Origin: an uncultured Candidatus Saccharibacteria bacterium
GTDB lineage: Bacteria > Patescibacteriota > Saccharimonadia > Saccharimonadales > JAGQNJ01
Reading direction: 5' to 3'
Assembly (NCBI GenBank): GCA_964426845.1
Contig: CAYRSA010000002.1
Span: 34,495-98,494 of the forward strand
Length of the DNA stretch: 64,000 nucleotides
Under the pieces are notes generated by a model. That model saw only the letters and a list, made by a program, of their open reading frames with translations. It was not told the DNA's origin and did not search any database. Below are positions 63,409 through 64,000 of the stretch, piece after piece. Within the stretch, counting starts at the first letter, position 1; each line of letters starts with the position of its first letter. Position numbers and translations under genes: made by a program.

Positions 63409-64000
63409 CTCATCCTCCTTCTTTTATACACGTACACGAGCACCCAAAACACCATTAACAACACCGGTGCGAAGACAGCCGGCCTACCCCGGAGCTTGGC
63501 CGGCAGAATATGGTTACTCCAAGCGCCAAGCTTGGCCTTGGACTGAGTCGGCTGACTGGGTTGACCTTGGCTTGCTGTCTGGTGAATTTCTCCCGGTGTA
63601 CTTGCTGCCGATGTTGATACTTGGTCTTGTTCGGTCGCCGGGCCTGTTGGTTTCTGTTTTGATGTGCTTTGGTTAGCAGGTGGACTAGCCCTGACTAAAT
63701 GAACGGTTTTGTAAATATCGATACTGTTGCCTAGAATGGTACGTCCAAAAATGTGCAGGGTGTGAAAGCCGGCCGGCAAATCTTCTGGAATAGTAACCGA
63801 GGCCCTAACTCCACCTTTTTCATCGGCCTTGAACTTGCCAAGCAGAGTGGACTCGGAGTGAAGCTCTATACTAACTTCACTACTAGGTTCTAGTAAATGC
63901 TGCTGGTGGTCAGCGGCAACCGCCACAACCGCCTTCGAGTATATTGTGTCTTCGGCAATGGTGTCGTCATTGACGGTTTCATTGATCGCGCGATTAGTTT
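63405..64000 (-). CDS. surface protein fragment with a C-terminal TM anchor (5' end lies outside the window)
   Basis: The frame stays open from 63926 to the window edge. It has an Ig-like beta-rich segment, a Ser/Thr/Pro/Gln linker, a TM helix and a KRRRMR tail. Confidence 0.6.
   Translation of the reverse strand, partial: TNRAINETVNDDTIAEDTIYSKAVVAVAADHQQHLLEPSSEVSIELHSESTLLGKFKADEKGGVRASVTIPEDLPAGFHTLHIFGRTILGNSIDIYKTVHLVRASPPANQSTSKQKPTGPATEQDQVSTSAASTPGEIHQTASQGQPSQPTQSKAKLGAWSNHILPAKLRGRPAVFAPVLLMVFWVLVYVYKRRRMR

Overview
This is a gene-dense bacterial chromosome segment of about 95 supported CDS, mostly on the minus strand between 3.5 and 34.5 kb. It uses the standard genetic code. The gene content looks like a reduced-genome, Gram-positive-type CPR/Saccharibacteria-like organism; that is an inference from content, not a database result.

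Recognisable blocks:
- Two type IV pilus loci: pilC'-pilin-pilM-pilN-pilO at 1-3.5 kb, and three minor or PilX-like pilins at 12.7-15.1 kb.
- ruvCAB, a lamin-tail-domain surface protein, yebC, and a short comEC.
- An aspartic protease-rimK-DUF192 operon.
- A sortase next to an hrcA-grpE-dnaK-dnaJ operon that has three unknown ORFs interleaved and a four-arm CIRCE array.
- lepA, murJ, and ftsH-X-tilS.
- Two large surface proteins carrying LADTG sorting signals.
- ccdA plus a thioredoxin, a Crp-family regulator with a perfect TGTGA-N6-TCACA box, an ABC-2 exporter, murC/mpl, tsaC, mscS and idi.

Four tRNA genes are present: Lys-UUU and three with anticodon CAU. One CAU tRNA (50098-50437, minus strand) is split by a 264-nt group I intron.

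The least ordinary region is 47.4-50.1 kb. It is more A/T-rich than its surroundings and its genes have strong Shine-Dalgarno (SD) sites. It abuts the 3' end of the intron-bearing tRNA and is punctuated by three copies (two intact, one decayed) of a ~185-nt module. That module preserves a 44-codon reading frame but has no start codon. The region also holds a riboswitch/attenuator-like set of mutually exclusive helices upstream of a small ORF and an alaX-type tRNA-editing gene.

Outside that region, many first genes appear leaderless, with a -10 box 6-7 nt before the ATG. All functional calls rest on motif recognition by eye. No searches were run.
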